DNA of 57,584 bases from an uncultured bacterium (lineage in GTDB: Bacteria > Fidelibacterota > UBA2242): contig CAZJIU010000003.1 in the NCBI GenBank assembly GCA_964546145.1, forward strand, positions 1 to 57,584, given 5' to 3'. Positions 1-9,861 of the stretch are shown piece by piece; position 1 is the first letter of the stretch, and every line of letters begins with the position of its first letter. The translations under genes and the position numbers were made by a program. The notes under the pieces are model-generated. The model saw only the letters and a list, made by a program, of their open reading frames with translations, was not told the DNA's origin and did no database searches.

Positions 1-195
1 TGTCAAGCTATTTGTAACAGCACCTAAAATCAGATTACCCGGATACCGTTAGTGTGTTTTTCCAACTATCTATGGGGTTTTACTCCGTCAAGCATTTTTA
101 AACAAGTCATTTCGAGGAGCCCCGACAAGTCGGAACGACGAGAAATCGCTATAGTTTATCGCTATCCTAAGCCGATTTCTCTCCCGCTGGGATTT

Positions 196-262
196 AACCT
201 TCTGAAGGTTATTAGAAGCATTTCAGCCTGTTACAATATTTATGTATAACCTTCAGAAGGTT
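196..262. repeat. Two 15-nt palindromes that are exact reverse complements of each other (AACCTTCTGAAGGTT 196-210; AACCTTCAGAAGGTT 248-262), separated by a 37-nt spacer
   Basis: Read directly. They can fold as two short hairpins or as one 15-bp stem. They lie in the non-coding tail 3' of the acyl-CoA ligase gene. Confidence 0.85.
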
Positions 263-333
263 TTCTCAATCTACAACGGGATCGTGCCCAGGGCACTCCT
301 TCGGAGAAATGACCTGTAGGGATCGAGTCACAA

Positions 334-362
334 CTTTGCGAAAGTTCTAAACTTTCGCAAAG
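334..362 (-). terminator. Perfect 13-bp stem / 3-nt loop hairpin (CTTTGCGAAAGTT-cta-AACTTTCGCAAAG), a putative terminator 15 nt after the acyl-CoA ligase stop
   Basis: The stem is read directly. There is no clean U-tract on the minus strand, and an A/T-rich tail on the plus strand, so it could act in either direction. Confidence 0.45.
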
Positions 363-376
363 ATTTATAAAGTACT

Positions 377-2182
377 TTAATCGCTATACATCTCATCAAT
401 GAGCGGAGCGTATTTCGCCAGAACCTCTTTTTTCTTTACTTTCAGCGAGGGGGTCAGCTCGCCATCGTCAATCGTGAAATCTTTGGGGATAATCCGGAAT
501 TTCTTGATCTTCTCAAAACGGGAAAAGGATTCAGTTTGGCGCACAATTTCACCCTCGATCAGTTTGTATACTTCAGAATTCCGCACAAATGCCGTATATG
601 GTTCAAAAGGAATTTGATGTTCCTCAGCCCATCTTTTTGCCGCTACCTGATCCAGGACAATCAGCGCCGCAATAAAAGGTCGCCGGTCCCCGATCAACAC
701 AGCTTCGGTAATATAAGGACTCAACTTAAGCGATTCTTCGATTGGTTGGGGAGCTACATTCTTGCCGCCGGCGGTAACCAGGATATTTTTCTTGCGATCG
801 GTAATTGACAAAAAGCCATCCTGATCGAAGCGGCCGATATCGCCGGTATGCAAAAAACCTTCATCATCAATCACCTCTTGGGTCAGCTCCTCTGCCTGGT
901 AATAACCTTTCATCACCTGCGGACCTCTGACCAATATCTCACCATCCTCAGCTATTTTAAATTCGGTTTCAGGAATTGCCACCCCAACCGATCCCAATCT
1001 CACCTTCCCGGGACCGTTAACTGTGATTACCGGGCTGGTTTCGGTCAGACCATATCCTTCATAAATCTTCAATCCGGCGCAGTAGAAAAATTCGGCGATC
1101 TCGGCGGACAAAGGTGCACCGCCCGATACAAATCGCTGCAGATTGCCACCGGTTTTTTGCTGCAATTTGCTAAAGACCAGCTTGTCAGCAATCTTGATTT
1201 TTCGCTTCTGCCAACCCGTAAGCGGTTTTCCCTCGATATCATGCGCCATGCGGGCTTTCCCAGCCTTCAGTGCCCAATAAAATATCTTCTGCTTAATTGC
1301 CGACCCGGACTTGACCCCACTCATCACGGTAGCATAAATTTTTTCAAACAGCCGCGGTACACTAATTAGAATCGTCGGATGCACTTCGCTTAGATTGTCC
1401 ACGACGGTCTCAACACTCTCGGCAAAGCCGATAGTTGCACCCAGCAGCATCGGCACGTAATAGCCGCCCATCCGCTCCAGCACATGACTCAAAGGTAGGA
1501 AAGATAAAAATGTATCCTCAGTATATATTTTGATAATGGTAATGCTATTGTCCACATCCCTGACAAAATTTTCATGGGTCAGCATGACTCCTTTGGGGAC
1601 TCCGGTCGTACCGGAAGTATAATTGATGCAGGCCAGATCGCCAGGCTGAACCTGATTTAAAAGAAATTCAAAACGATCGGGATTTTTCCGAGCTATTTCA
1701 GCTCCCATTTTAATCACTTCTGTAAGCGATGGGTAATCCCCGGACTGCGGCTTGTTAAATAAAACAATATGTTCAAATTGATGCTTGGTATCCAGTACCT
1801 TTTTGAGTAATTCATTAGTCGCGACAAATATCACTTTAGGCTCTGCATGCTTCAATAAGCCCGCCGCCTGAGCAACGGACAATGTCGGATAAATCGGTAC
1901 CGAAATCGCACCAACCGCGATAATACTCATATCGCTCATGATCCACTCTTCGCGGTTGTCAGACATGATCGCCACTCGATCACCTCGCTTAACTCCCCAG
2001 GAATCCAGAATCAGGGCAATGTTTTGAATATTTTTACCCAATTCCTGATAAGAGACCGGCCGGTAATTACCCTCTATTTTGGATAAAAGCGCCGGTTTCT
2101 CGGCAAATTTTTGGACATTTTCGAAGAATCTTTTCGGCAGCACAAAAGTTCTTTCCACCACTCCCTCCTCTTTTTGCTTCAT
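377..2182 (-). CDS. Long-chain fatty-acid--CoA ligase (AMP-dependent synthetase/ligase family)
   Basis: 601-aa ORF. AMP-binding motif YTSGTTGVPKGVMLTH, plus GYGLTETSP and the C-terminal GELTPSLKVKKK typical of FadD-like ligases. Confidence 0.85.
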   Translation of the reverse strand: MKQKEEGVVERTFVLPKRFFENVQKFAEKPALLSKIEGNYRPVSYQELGKNIQNIALILDSWGVKRGDRVAIMSDNREEWIMSDMSIIAVGAISVPIYPTLSVAQAAGLLKHAEPKVIFVATNELLKKVLDTKHQFEHIVLFNKPQSGDYPSLTEVIKMGAEIARKNPDRFEFLLNQVQPGDLACINYTSGTTGVPKGVMLTHENFVRDVDNSITIIKIYTEDTFLSFLPLSHVLERMGGYYVPMLLGATIGFAESVETVVDNLSEVHPTILISVPRLFEKIYATVMSGVKSGSAIKQKIFYWALKAGKARMAHDIEGKPLTGWQKRKIKIADKLVFSKLQQKTGGNLQRFVSGGAPLSAEIAEFFYCAGLKIYEGYGLTETSPVITVNGPGKVRLGSVGVAIPETEFKIAEDGEILVRGPQVMKGYYQAEELTQEVIDDEGFLHTGDIGRFDQDGFLSITDRKKNILVTAGGKNVAPQPIEESLKLSPYITEAVLIGDRRPFIAALIVLDQVAAKRWAEEHQIPFEPYTAFVRNSEVYKLIEGEIVRQTESFSRFEKIKKFRIIPKDFTIDDGELTPSLKVKKKEVLAKYAPLIDEMYSD

Positions 2183-2233
2183 TGGTTTTGAATTTAAAGA
2201 TATTTTGCTTAAAATTCACACGTTTTTGAACCC

Positions 2234-2323
2234 GGAGAGGTGGCCGAGTAGGTCTAAGGCGCTCGCCTGCTAAGTGAGTATCCTGGGAAACCGGGATCCA
2301 GGGTTCGAATCCCTGCCTCTCCG
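2234..2323 (+). tRNA. tRNA-Ser (anticodon GCU), class II with a long variable arm; no encoded CCA
   Basis: Acceptor GGAGAGG/CCTCTCC. 3-bp D stem. Anticodon stem CTCGC/GTGAG with loop CTGCTAA. 7-bp variable arm with a GAAA loop. T arm CAGGG-TTCGAAT-CCCTG. Discriminator G. Confidence 0.9.
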
Positions 2324-2566
2324 CAAATCTATATCCCGGATTTCATGACTTCACTTGGCAGGCTCAATACTCCCACCAACAAAGGTGCTTATTAAAAAAA
2401 TGATATCTGACATAGTATAGTAACACTAAGCAAGATGCCGAGATGGTCAACTACTTTTAATATCAGAAAATAATCATTGAAAAAAAATTAACCGGAGTAT
2501 CAAAACATAATTGGACAATTCTCTTAGCCTATTTCCACCTACCTCATTGAAACGATTACTTACGGC

Positions 2567-2761
2567 CTGATAAAAATCACCGCCCGGAAATTGAAATCCC
2601 ATAGCGTTAAGAAAAATTTTCCTGTTCGAGCTGTAATATGAAAGTTCCTCTTCTGCCAAGAAATCTTCCTATTGAAAATTACTCTTTAACAATCTGAGAT
2701 GATTTGCGAGTTGTAAAATTTTTCAGCTGCGGGGTTTCAATTTCAGGTAATTTTTATCAAG
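2567..2761. repeat. Imperfect ~31-34-bp inverted repeat (arms 2567-2600 and 2731-2761) flanking a 130-bp AT-rich core, just 3' of tRNA-Ser
   Basis: Arm A is CTGATAAAAATCACCGCCCGGAAATTGAAATCCC. The reverse complement of arm B is CTTGATAAAAATTACCTGAAATTGAAACCCC. Aligned by eye. Confidence 0.6.
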
Positions 2762-2883
2762 CCAGAGATTTTTTGTTACTTTTTTATCGCTTGAAAAAAG
2801 TAAAAAAGACTTCAACTGTTCTAATTGGTTGCTTTACTTTTAAGGATTTTGGCAGTTTCTCAGACCTGGTAGGCCACGATGAG

Positions 2884-3594
2884 CTAAAGTAAAATCACCA
2901 GCAAATCATAAAAGGTATGGGTATAAGCGGTAATCCCGTAACCGCGTAGTACATAAACCAAAGACAGAAAAATTCCGGCGCCCAGGCGAATTAAAAAAGA
3001 CGATAATTCGAAGATCTCCCCATAATGACCCAAATAATGAAAAAGGGAAAAGATCACCGAGGCTGCCAAAATCGCCAATATGGTGGATACTACTGAGCCC
3101 AGTTTTAAAATATCTTTCAAAAAAAACAGAAAACCACTTATTAATACAACCCTGAAAATAAACTCCTCATATACACCGGCACCGAGGGCTAACACAAAGC
3201 TCTCTTTTTTACCCAGCACCATACCAGTAGCCAGCAGATATTTGCCGATTTTATTGACAAAGAGGAACATTAGCAGGCTGTACCCCAGACTCTCCAAAAA
3301 CATGATAATAAAAAAGCGGAAGTTAAAGGGTTCTTTGATATTCTGGCGGGTATGAAAATAATAGGCAACAATCAAGGAGATGAGTACCAGAAAACCAACG
3401 AAATAAAATCCATAAATATGAAAAACGGCGAAAAACTGACGAAAGATAATATCCGCCCCGTTACGCATTCCCAGAACATCGGAATGGTTCAAGGTAAAAA
3501 TCATGATTTCGTAACCAATCAATAGCGGCAGGGTAAACAGCAGACTGTAGAAAGGTGATTTCGAATATTTCCAGTAGGCTTTTAGTAAATCCAT
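2884..3594 (-). CDS. CPBP-family intramembrane glutamic endopeptidase (CAAX protease / Abi-like)
   Basis: 236-aa polytopic ORF with the EEFIFR (EExxxR) and FSLFHYLGH (FxxxH...H) motifs. Confidence 0.7.
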   Translation of the reverse strand: MDLLKAYWKYSKSPFYSLLFTLPLLIGYEIMIFTLNHSDVLGMRNGADIIFRQFFAVFHIYGFYFVGFLVLISLIVAYYFHTRQNIKEPFNFRFFIIMFLESLGYSLLMFLFVNKIGKYLLATGMVLGKKESFVLALGAGVYEEFIFRVVLISGFLFFLKDILKLGSVVSTILAILAASVIFSLFHYLGHYGEIFELSSFLIRLGAGIFLSLVYVLRGYGITAYTHTFYDLLVILL

Positions 3595-3686
3595 ATCCTA
3601 CGTATTAATTTTATTGCGAATAACCAACAATAACTCATTTTCATTCGTGTTTGTTTTAATTTGCGTACATTAGCGTCCATTAGCGG

Positions 3687-5483
3687 TCAATGTTCCATCT
3701 TAAGCACCGCCAGAAATGCCTCCTGCGGGATTTCGACTCGTCCGACCTGTTTCATGCGTTTCTTACCTTCCCGCTGGCGTTCCAGCAGCTTCCGTTTACG
3801 GGTAATGTCACCGCCGTAACATTTAGCGGTAACATTCTTGCGCAGTGGCTTGACACTGGTACGGGCGATTACTTTACTGCCAATTGCCGCCTGGATGATC
3901 ACCTCAAACAACTGCTTGGGAATCAACTCGCGCAGCTTGTCACACAGCTCCCGCCCCTGATGAAAGGCCTTATCCCGATGGACAATCCAGGAAAGGGTAT
4001 CCACCGGTTCGCCATTAATCAGAATATCCAGTTTTATCAGATCACCGGGTCGAAAGCCCTTTGGTTCATAATCAAAAGAGGCATAGCCCCGCGATAACGA
4101 TTTTAATTTATCATAAAAATCAAACACAATCTCACCTAGCGGCAATTCATAAATCAACTGAACCTTGCCCACATCTAAATAATGAGTGGTTTTATAAATG
4201 CCGCGCTTCTCCTGGCAGAGTTTGAGCACATTGCCCAGATATTCAGTCAGGACAATAATCTCGGCTTTAACGTAGGGTTCCTGAACTGATTCAATCTCCC
4301 CGGCAGGCGGCATGTCAGAAGGATTATGAATTTCAACTACATTGCCGTTTCTCAAAATAGCCCGGTACCGGACATTTGGCATAGTCGTAATCAAATCCAG
4401 ATCAAATTCGCGCTCGAGTCTTTCCTGAACAATTTCCATGTGCAGAAGTCCCAGATAACCGCAGCGAAATCCAAACCCCAAGGCGTTGGAAGTCTCGGCT
4501 TCATAGACCAGGGCCGAGTCATTCAGTTTCATCTTTTCCAATGAACCACGCAGATTTTCAAAGTCTTCACTGTCCACCGGATACATGCCGCTGAAAACCA
4601 TTGGCTTAATTTCCCGATAACCCGATAAGGGTCTAGCAGCCGGTTTCGATTTGTGAGTAATTGTATCACCTACCCTGACTTTGGAAATATCCTTGACCCC
4701 GGCAACAAGATAGCCTACCTCCCCTGAAGCCAGCCGTTCAGTCTTTATCCGGCTCATTTTAAATATCCCAACTTCGGCTACTTCATAACCGGTATTGCCG
4801 GTAAAAAATCTAATCTGCTCCCCAACTCTGACCTGACCATCCATGATTCTGACATAAGGTATTGCTCCGCGGAAGGAATCGAAAGTCGAATCAAAGATCA
4901 GGGCTCGTAGAGGAGCGTCCGGATTATAAGGTGGAGGTGGAATCCGTTCGATAATGGCATCAAATACCTCAAGCACTCCCTGGCCGCTTTTGGCGCTGGT
5001 TAAAATCAATTCCGATTCCTGGCAGCCGATCAGATCCATCAATTGGCGCTTGGCACTCTTCAGATCCGCACCGACAAGATCAATTTTGTTGATGACCGGA
5101 ACAATCACCAGATTATTCTCCAGGGCAAGATAGGCGTTACTGACAGTCTGGGCTTCGACTCCCTGGGAAGTATCGACTAGCAGCAAAGCGCCCTCGCAAG
5201 CCGCCAGACTGCGGGAAACCTCGTAGCAAAAATCCACATGTCCGGGTGTATCAATCAGATTCAGAATGTAAGTTTTATTATCCCGGTGCTGATATTCCAT
5301 CCGAATCGGATGCGACTTGATTGTAATTCCCCGTTCCCGCTCCAGGTCCATGCTGTCCAGCACCTGCGATTTCATTTCGCGCTGGCTGATTGTATGGGTA
5401 ACCTCCAGCAGGCGATCGGCAAGAGTGGATTTTCCATGATCAATGTGGGCAATTATACAAAAATTACGAATATCCGGATTCAT
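3687..5483 (-). CDS. lepA: Translation elongation factor 4 (LepA)
   Basis: 598 aa. [33 protein letters not shown] and the LepA-specific C-terminal domain. Confidence 0.97.
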   Translation of the reverse strand: MNPDIRNFCIIAHIDHGKSTLADRLLEVTHTISQREMKSQVLDSMDLERERGITIKSHPIRMEYQHRDNKTYILNLIDTPGHVDFCYEVSRSLAACEGALLLVDTSQGVEAQTVSNAYLALENNLVIVPVINKIDLVGADLKSAKRQLMDLIGCQESELILTSAKSGQGVLEVFDAIIERIPPPPYNPDAPLRALIFDSTFDSFRGAIPYVRIMDGQVRVGEQIRFFTGNTGYEVAEVGIFKMSRIKTERLASGEVGYLVAGVKDISKVRVGDTITHKSKPAARPLSGYREIKPMVFSGMYPVDSEDFENLRGSLEKMKLNDSALVYEAETSNALGFGFRCGYLGLLHMEIVQERLEREFDLDLITTMPNVRYRAILRNGNVVEIHNPSDMPPAGEIESVQEPYVKAEIIVLTEYLGNVLKLCQEKRGIYKTTHYLDVGKVQLIYELPLGEIVFDFYDKLKSLSRGYASFDYEPKGFRPGDLIKLDILINGEPVDTLSWIVHRDKAFHQGRELCDKLRELIPKQLFEVIIQAAIGSKVIARTSVKPLRKNVTAKCYGGDITRKRKLLERQREGKKRMKQVGRVEIPQEAFLAVLKMEH

Positions 5484-5807
5484 GGCTTAAAATTTACGGA
5501 TTTATAGACAAGATTAACAAGTTGGAGGATACGAAAAGACTTGAATACAGGATAAGCAGAACGTGCGAATCACTAATTTTTTCTTATGAAGATGATAGGG
5601 AGCATCGCTTACTAATGAGAATACCTACGGTAGGAGGTTGATAATAATGAAAGGACCTTTAAGATAATGTTAGCAATCCGCTATTGTTTAATGGTGGAAA
5701 TTGTTTAGTTAGCAACAATAACGTATCTCGATGGATATCAGATAGTTACAAACTTGGATATCTATATCTTTTTGTTAACAACGCTATTTTATTGTTTAAA
5801 GATATCT

Positions 5808-7481
5808 TCAGGTCTTGATCCATTTTGGAGATTTTCTGGAACCTGTATTTTTAATCAAATCCTTTTTACGTAGTGAGGTCAATAGATTATGGATCAAAAT
5901 AGATTTCTTATCATCATTAAGAACTTCTGGCAATTTATTCATTAATAGTTGATTAATCTCTTCACGACTTACCGGTCCATGATGTTGAATAAGCTCGAGA
6001 ACTATGTCACGATAATATTTTCTTTCAAGTCCACGTTTACGAATATATTCTGCTTTTAATCCTGTTACTTTTGCTACCTTAGTTGAGATATAGATATTTG
6101 GATATCTTCCCTCTACTAATCCCGTCTTTTTCAGCTTTTTGTAAATATCATTTCTTATTTTTAAACCCTTTTGAACCTTATCTAAACTCATTACTGCCCA
6201 TAAATCTAAATCTGTTCTGGCCATCAGTAATCTGGAGTAATTCTCATTGACAATCGTCCCATGAATTGTAACTAATACTCTCGACGAATCCGATAAATCA
6301 TAGTCAGGCATTGGAAAACAACGCTCTTTTTGCGTCAGGAACATTTTCTTAATTCCGCCTCCCTGAGTATCGATCATATTAAAATTTACCATTGCCTTTA
6401 CAAGTAGTGTATTTCGATAGATTTCTTGAGGTGCATCTTGTTGAATTACCCGTTCAACATTTCCTGGAAGGAAGCTTCCAACGTTAGAAAACAACAATCG
6501 GGCAGGCATTTCTACAAGAATAATACGACCTTTTAATGAATAATCCTGATGAGCAATACAGTTATGAAGCGCTTCGCGTAAAACCCATTCATTATATTGC
6601 TGTATTTCTATAGGAAATAAGGTTCCCCCAGGTAATTCACGAATGGTCAAATTGCGAATTTTTAATAATACTCTATCGACATTAACAAGAAATGGCGGAT
6701 CAAAATGTTCATAATCCTTTTCATTATTCTTATCGTCCTTCAAAATCCAGGTGATTCTGGCAACTGCTGGAGAAATCAAGGTTGCTGATTCGGGCTTACC
6801 CAATAGCAATATCGCGGTGTTGGTAATTGCTCCTTGAATTGCCAAACTGGTCTTGTTTAAAAAAGTTGTGTCGCCCCAATTATCAACATCATTTGCCCTG
6901 TTCGGAAATTTTACTTTATGTTCGCTCCGGGCTTTATGAATTGCTTCTGGATCAAGGTCATTTAAAGTAGCATTCTCACATATTTGAGCTGACCAATCAA
7001 TCTGACGCGACCAAATTACACGCTCCTTATCAGGATGATTTCTTAGCTCTGTTTTCGATGAACCTATGCGGATATATGCTGTACCTTTGAATCTCACTGG
7101 CTGATTATAAGCTGAATGTATTTCAAAAAGAACGACTCTTTTATTCTCTGTAGTAAAAGTAAAAGGAGTAAATCCTATATTCGGTTGCAGATTTGTAGAT
7201 AACCACAGTAATAATGACTGATTACCTTTACCCTTCTCTTTATCAGAGTAAGGATCGAAACTAGTACCTACAATTTGATGTGCTTGGTCGTCTATACCAA
7301 AAACGAGGTAACCGTATGGCTTTCCTAGCAAGCATGCCGAGTTGGATAATGCTGATAAATATTTTCCGATCTCATGAGATTCATAGCGATTTGATTTGAA
7401 TTCAATCCACTCACTTTCATTAGGTTCCTGGCGCAAGCGATTTAACAATGCAACTAAATCTGTAGTTTCCATATTGTCCAC
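5808..7481 (-). CDS. AlbA_2 (Schlafen-like) DNA-binding domain protein with an HATPase_c_4-like domain and a C-terminal wHTH (COG2865-type 'RecG-like transcriptional regulator')
   Basis: 557 aa. N-terminal ESEWIEFKSN...YLVFGIDD (AlbA_2 pattern). LREALHNCIAHQDYS (HATPase_c_4 pattern). The gene and its flanks are visibly more AT-rich than the neighbours. Confidence 0.6.
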   Translation of the reverse strand: MDNMETTDLVALLNRLRQEPNESEWIEFKSNRYESHEIGKYLSALSNSACLLGKPYGYLVFGIDDQAHQIVGTSFDPYSDKEKGKGNQSLLLWLSTNLQPNIGFTPFTFTTENKRVVLFEIHSAYNQPVRFKGTAYIRIGSSKTELRNHPDKERVIWSRQIDWSAQICENATLNDLDPEAIHKARSEHKVKFPNRANDVDNWGDTTFLNKTSLAIQGAITNTAILLLGKPESATLISPAVARITWILKDDKNNEKDYEHFDPPFLVNVDRVLLKIRNLTIRELPGGTLFPIEIQQYNEWVLREALHNCIAHQDYSLKGRIILVEMPARLLFSNVGSFLPGNVERVIQQDAPQEIYRNTLLVKAMVNFNMIDTQGGGIKKMFLTQKERCFPMPDYDLSDSSRVLVTIHGTIVNENYSRLLMARTDLDLWAVMSLDKVQKGLKIRNDIYKKLKKTGLVEGRYPNIYISTKVAKVTGLKAEYIRKRGLERKYYRDIVLELIQHHGPVSREEINQLLMNKLPEVLNDDKKSILIHNLLTSLRKKDLIKNTGSRKSPKWIKT

Positions 7482-7534
7482 TTGATGATAATATGTTGCC
7501 TACTTAGATTATTTACAAATAGATTTTCTTCAAA

Positions 7535-8119
7535 CTACTGATAAAGTCTTTGTGTTATGATATATTCTTCCACCGCAGGTGGAACAAGCTCGCTAATATT
7601 GTCACCTCTAAAAACATTTGCTCGAATTATCGAAGATGAAATATCTATTAATGGACTATTTATAAAGAATACTTTCTCCAGAAATTCCTGCTTGACTGCT
7701 GACAGATTAAATCCCGGTCGCCGGGCGACTATCACATGAGCTTCAGCTAATATCTTTTCCGGTTGGTTCCAAGTGTGTAATTCCAGCAAACTGTCGGCTC
7801 CAATTAAAAAATAAAGCTCCTCACGCTTCAGGTTTCGTGCCTGCTTGATTGCCCGAATTGTATCAATTGAATAAGAGACGCCTTTGCGCTGAGTTTCCAT
7901 CTCCGAAATTTCAAAACCAGCTTTCCCCACTATTGCCAGTTTCAGCATTGCCAGGCGATCGGCAGTTGAACTGAGGGAGCGGCGCTGTTTATGAGGTGGA
8001 ATAAAAGCCGGAATAAATAGCACCGTGTCAATTCGCAGCTGCTCCCGGACACTTTCGGCAATCCTGATATGTCCGTTGTGCGGCGGATCGAAAGTCCCGC
8101 CGAAAAGACAGATACTCAT
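7535..8119 (-). CDS. nadD: Nicotinate-nucleotide adenylyltransferase
   Basis: 194 aa. GGTFDPPHNGH motif. Its start overlaps the bamD stop (ATGA at 8116-8119). Confidence 0.9.
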   Translation of the reverse strand: MSICLFGGTFDPPHNGHIRIAESVREQLRIDTVLFIPAFIPPHKQRRSLSSTADRLAMLKLAIVGKAGFEISEMETQRKGVSYSIDTIRAIKQARNLKREELYFLIGADSLLELHTWNQPEKILAEAHVIVARRPGFNLSAVKQEFLEKVFFINSPLIDISSSIIRANVFRGDNISELVPPAVEEYIITQRLYQ

Positions 8120-8913
8120 TGTTGAGCTTTCTTCTTTTCTCGCTCAATCTTGCGCAGCTCACGTTCATACAAACGCTGCAAATGATCCAAACGCTTTTGA
8201 ATCTCGGGACTATTCTTTTGTTTCTTGATCTCAGCTACTAGGGCAAAATATTGATCAAACTGACGCAGCTTAATATAACAATGCGCTTTCTCTAATTTGG
8301 CCGGTATTACCCACTCGGTATCGTAAAATTCTTCCAGCATTTTATCCAAATAGAGAATCGCCGGTTCCCACTCCTCCAGCTTGCGGTATAAGCGCCCACT
8401 TTCATAAACCTTACGCGCCAGTTTGTTGCGAATCTCTGTGATTTTACTCTCAGCCTCCGGACACCATTTACTATTCGGATAAGATTCGATGAACTCCTGA
8501 AAACTCTGGAGTGCTCTCAACGAACTGTTCTGATCCAGCGGATATTTCGGAGATTGTTTAAAATACGAAAGCGCAATCTTAAAATAAGCTTCCTCAACAA
8601 ACGGGCTATAATTATAGCGTTCGGTTAATTGTTGATACTCGGAAACGGCCAGGAGATATTCCTTCCGGTTGAAATAACACTCGGCGATATAATACTGCGC
8701 ATCATCAGCCAAATCCCCGCCGGGACTGTTAAGAATCACGAGATTGAAGTTATCCAGTGCAACTTCCCACTTCTTCTTCTGGAACGCCGCTTCACCCCGT
8801 TGAAAATAGAGATAAGGATCCAGACCGAGCTTTGGTTTTTTACCCGCACACCCAAGCCATAATAAACTGGTTATTAATCCCAAAGCCCAAATTAGTCTCC
8901 TCCGTCTCATCAA
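8116..8913 (-). CDS. bamD: Outer membrane protein assembly factor BamD-like TPR lipoprotein
   Basis: 265 aa. Lipobox LLWLGC. TPR-like repeats with the ADDAQYYIAECYF / YPNSKW pattern typical of BamD/YfiO. Confidence 0.7.
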   Translation of the reverse strand: MMRRRRLIWALGLITSLLWLGCAGKKPKLGLDPYLYFQRGEAAFQKKKWEVALDNFNLVILNSPGGDLADDAQYYIAECYFNRKEYLLAVSEYQQLTERYNYSPFVEEAYFKIALSYFKQSPKYPLDQNSSLRALQSFQEFIESYPNSKWCPEAESKITEIRNKLARKVYESGRLYRKLEEWEPAILYLDKMLEEFYDTEWVIPAKLEKAHCYIKLRQFDQYFALVAEIKKQKNSPEIQKRLDHLQRLYERELRKIEREKKKAQQ

Positions 8914-8960
8914 TCTCCTGTAACTATTACCCCAATTGATTATTATTCAAAAAAGATTGG

Positions 8961-9851
8961 TCAAAATGCCAGCGTTAAGGATATGCCTCGAATTGGATTT
9001 TTATAGCGAATATCCGTCAGTAAGCCCACGTGCCAGGAGACTTCCTGTTTTGGTTCGGAGGTATATTGTTTGGCAGCAATCTGGGCATGAAATGCACTGA
9101 AAAGGTGATTGAACATAATCACCGTGGCAAAATTGGTTGCCATCTTCAGCGCGTCATTGGAATCTTTGCGCTGATGCAAATAATGATTGCGGTCAGGAGT
9201 GATATAGACGGTATCACTTACCGTGCCCCCGCCATGAGTCACAAGATAGTCGTCCCAGCCACAGGCAAACTGATTATACTTGCCGATATTTTCATAAAAA
9301 TCGCGGGTTTTAACTGGTTCAATGAGACCGCCATCATTTAGTAAGGAATCATAAACTCCGTAAAAATCTTTATCAGTCATAAACTCCTGTTCGTTATCAT
9401 CCTTCTGATAAGTGATGTAAAGTGGATGAGTATGTTCTGGTCCACATAATTCGTTAGTGTCACTATACTTCATCCACTCATCAAAATCCCAGTGCTTATC
9501 GGCATATCTAATATATTTCTTTTCCAGATCATCGCCGGAATTCTTGTTGCTAAAATACATCAACCAGGAAAATATCTCGACACTACTAAATGCCAGAGCA
9601 CGCCATTTTGCGTGAGCATAGAATTCACCAGCACCGGGAAATATCGCCGAGAGTAAAAAGGCTTTGCCCGGTGATTTCTCATAACTGAATTCAAACGAAT
9701 CTTCGGGAACCGCATTAAATTTAAGACTACTTTCCAACATGCTGCGATCCGAATTAAGCAGCGCCTCGTTGGCAAGATATAGCTGACCATAGACCGCTGC
9801 CGGAAAAAGCATTCCGATCAGGATTGACATTAGAAAAAGTTTCCTTTTCAT
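8961..9851 (-). CDS. Hypothetical exported/membrane protein. The start is chosen at MKRKLF, preceded by GGAGG.
   Basis: Signal peptide. Hydrophobic segment with SAIFPGAGEFYA. The C-terminus ends ...ISLTLAF. No family recognised. The track ORF extends to 9872. Confidence 0.5.
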   Translation of the reverse strand: MKRKLFLMSILIGMLFPAAVYGQLYLANEALLNSDRSMLESSLKFNAVPEDSFEFSYEKSPGKAFLLSAIFPGAGEFYAHAKWRALAFSSVEIFSWLMYFSNKNSGDDLEKKYIRYADKHWDFDEWMKYSDTNELCGPEHTHPLYITYQKDDNEQEFMTDKDFYGVYDSLLNDGGLIEPVKTRDFYENIGKYNQFACGWDDYLVTHGGGTVSDTVYITPDRNHYLHQRKDSNDALKMATNFATVIMFNHLFSAFHAQIAAKQYTSEPKQEVSWHVGLLTDIRYKNPIRGISLTLAF

Positions 9852-9861
9852 GGTGCCTCCT

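Noticed and set aside
52-249. A 65-aa plus-strand ORF at the left edge of the window.
   Set aside because: It has a non-ATG start, no RBS or promoter motif, and no recognisable family. It runs through the palindromic repeat region, so it is more likely non-coding.
2474-2892. Two small divergent ORFs (61 aa on the minus strand, 62 aa on the plus strand) that share a G(G/N)(D/N)FYQA peptide.
   Set aside because: The shared peptide is simply the translation of the two arms of the inverted repeat (2567-2600 and 2731-2761). There is no start context, no conservation evidence, and the composition is AT-rich and low-complexity.
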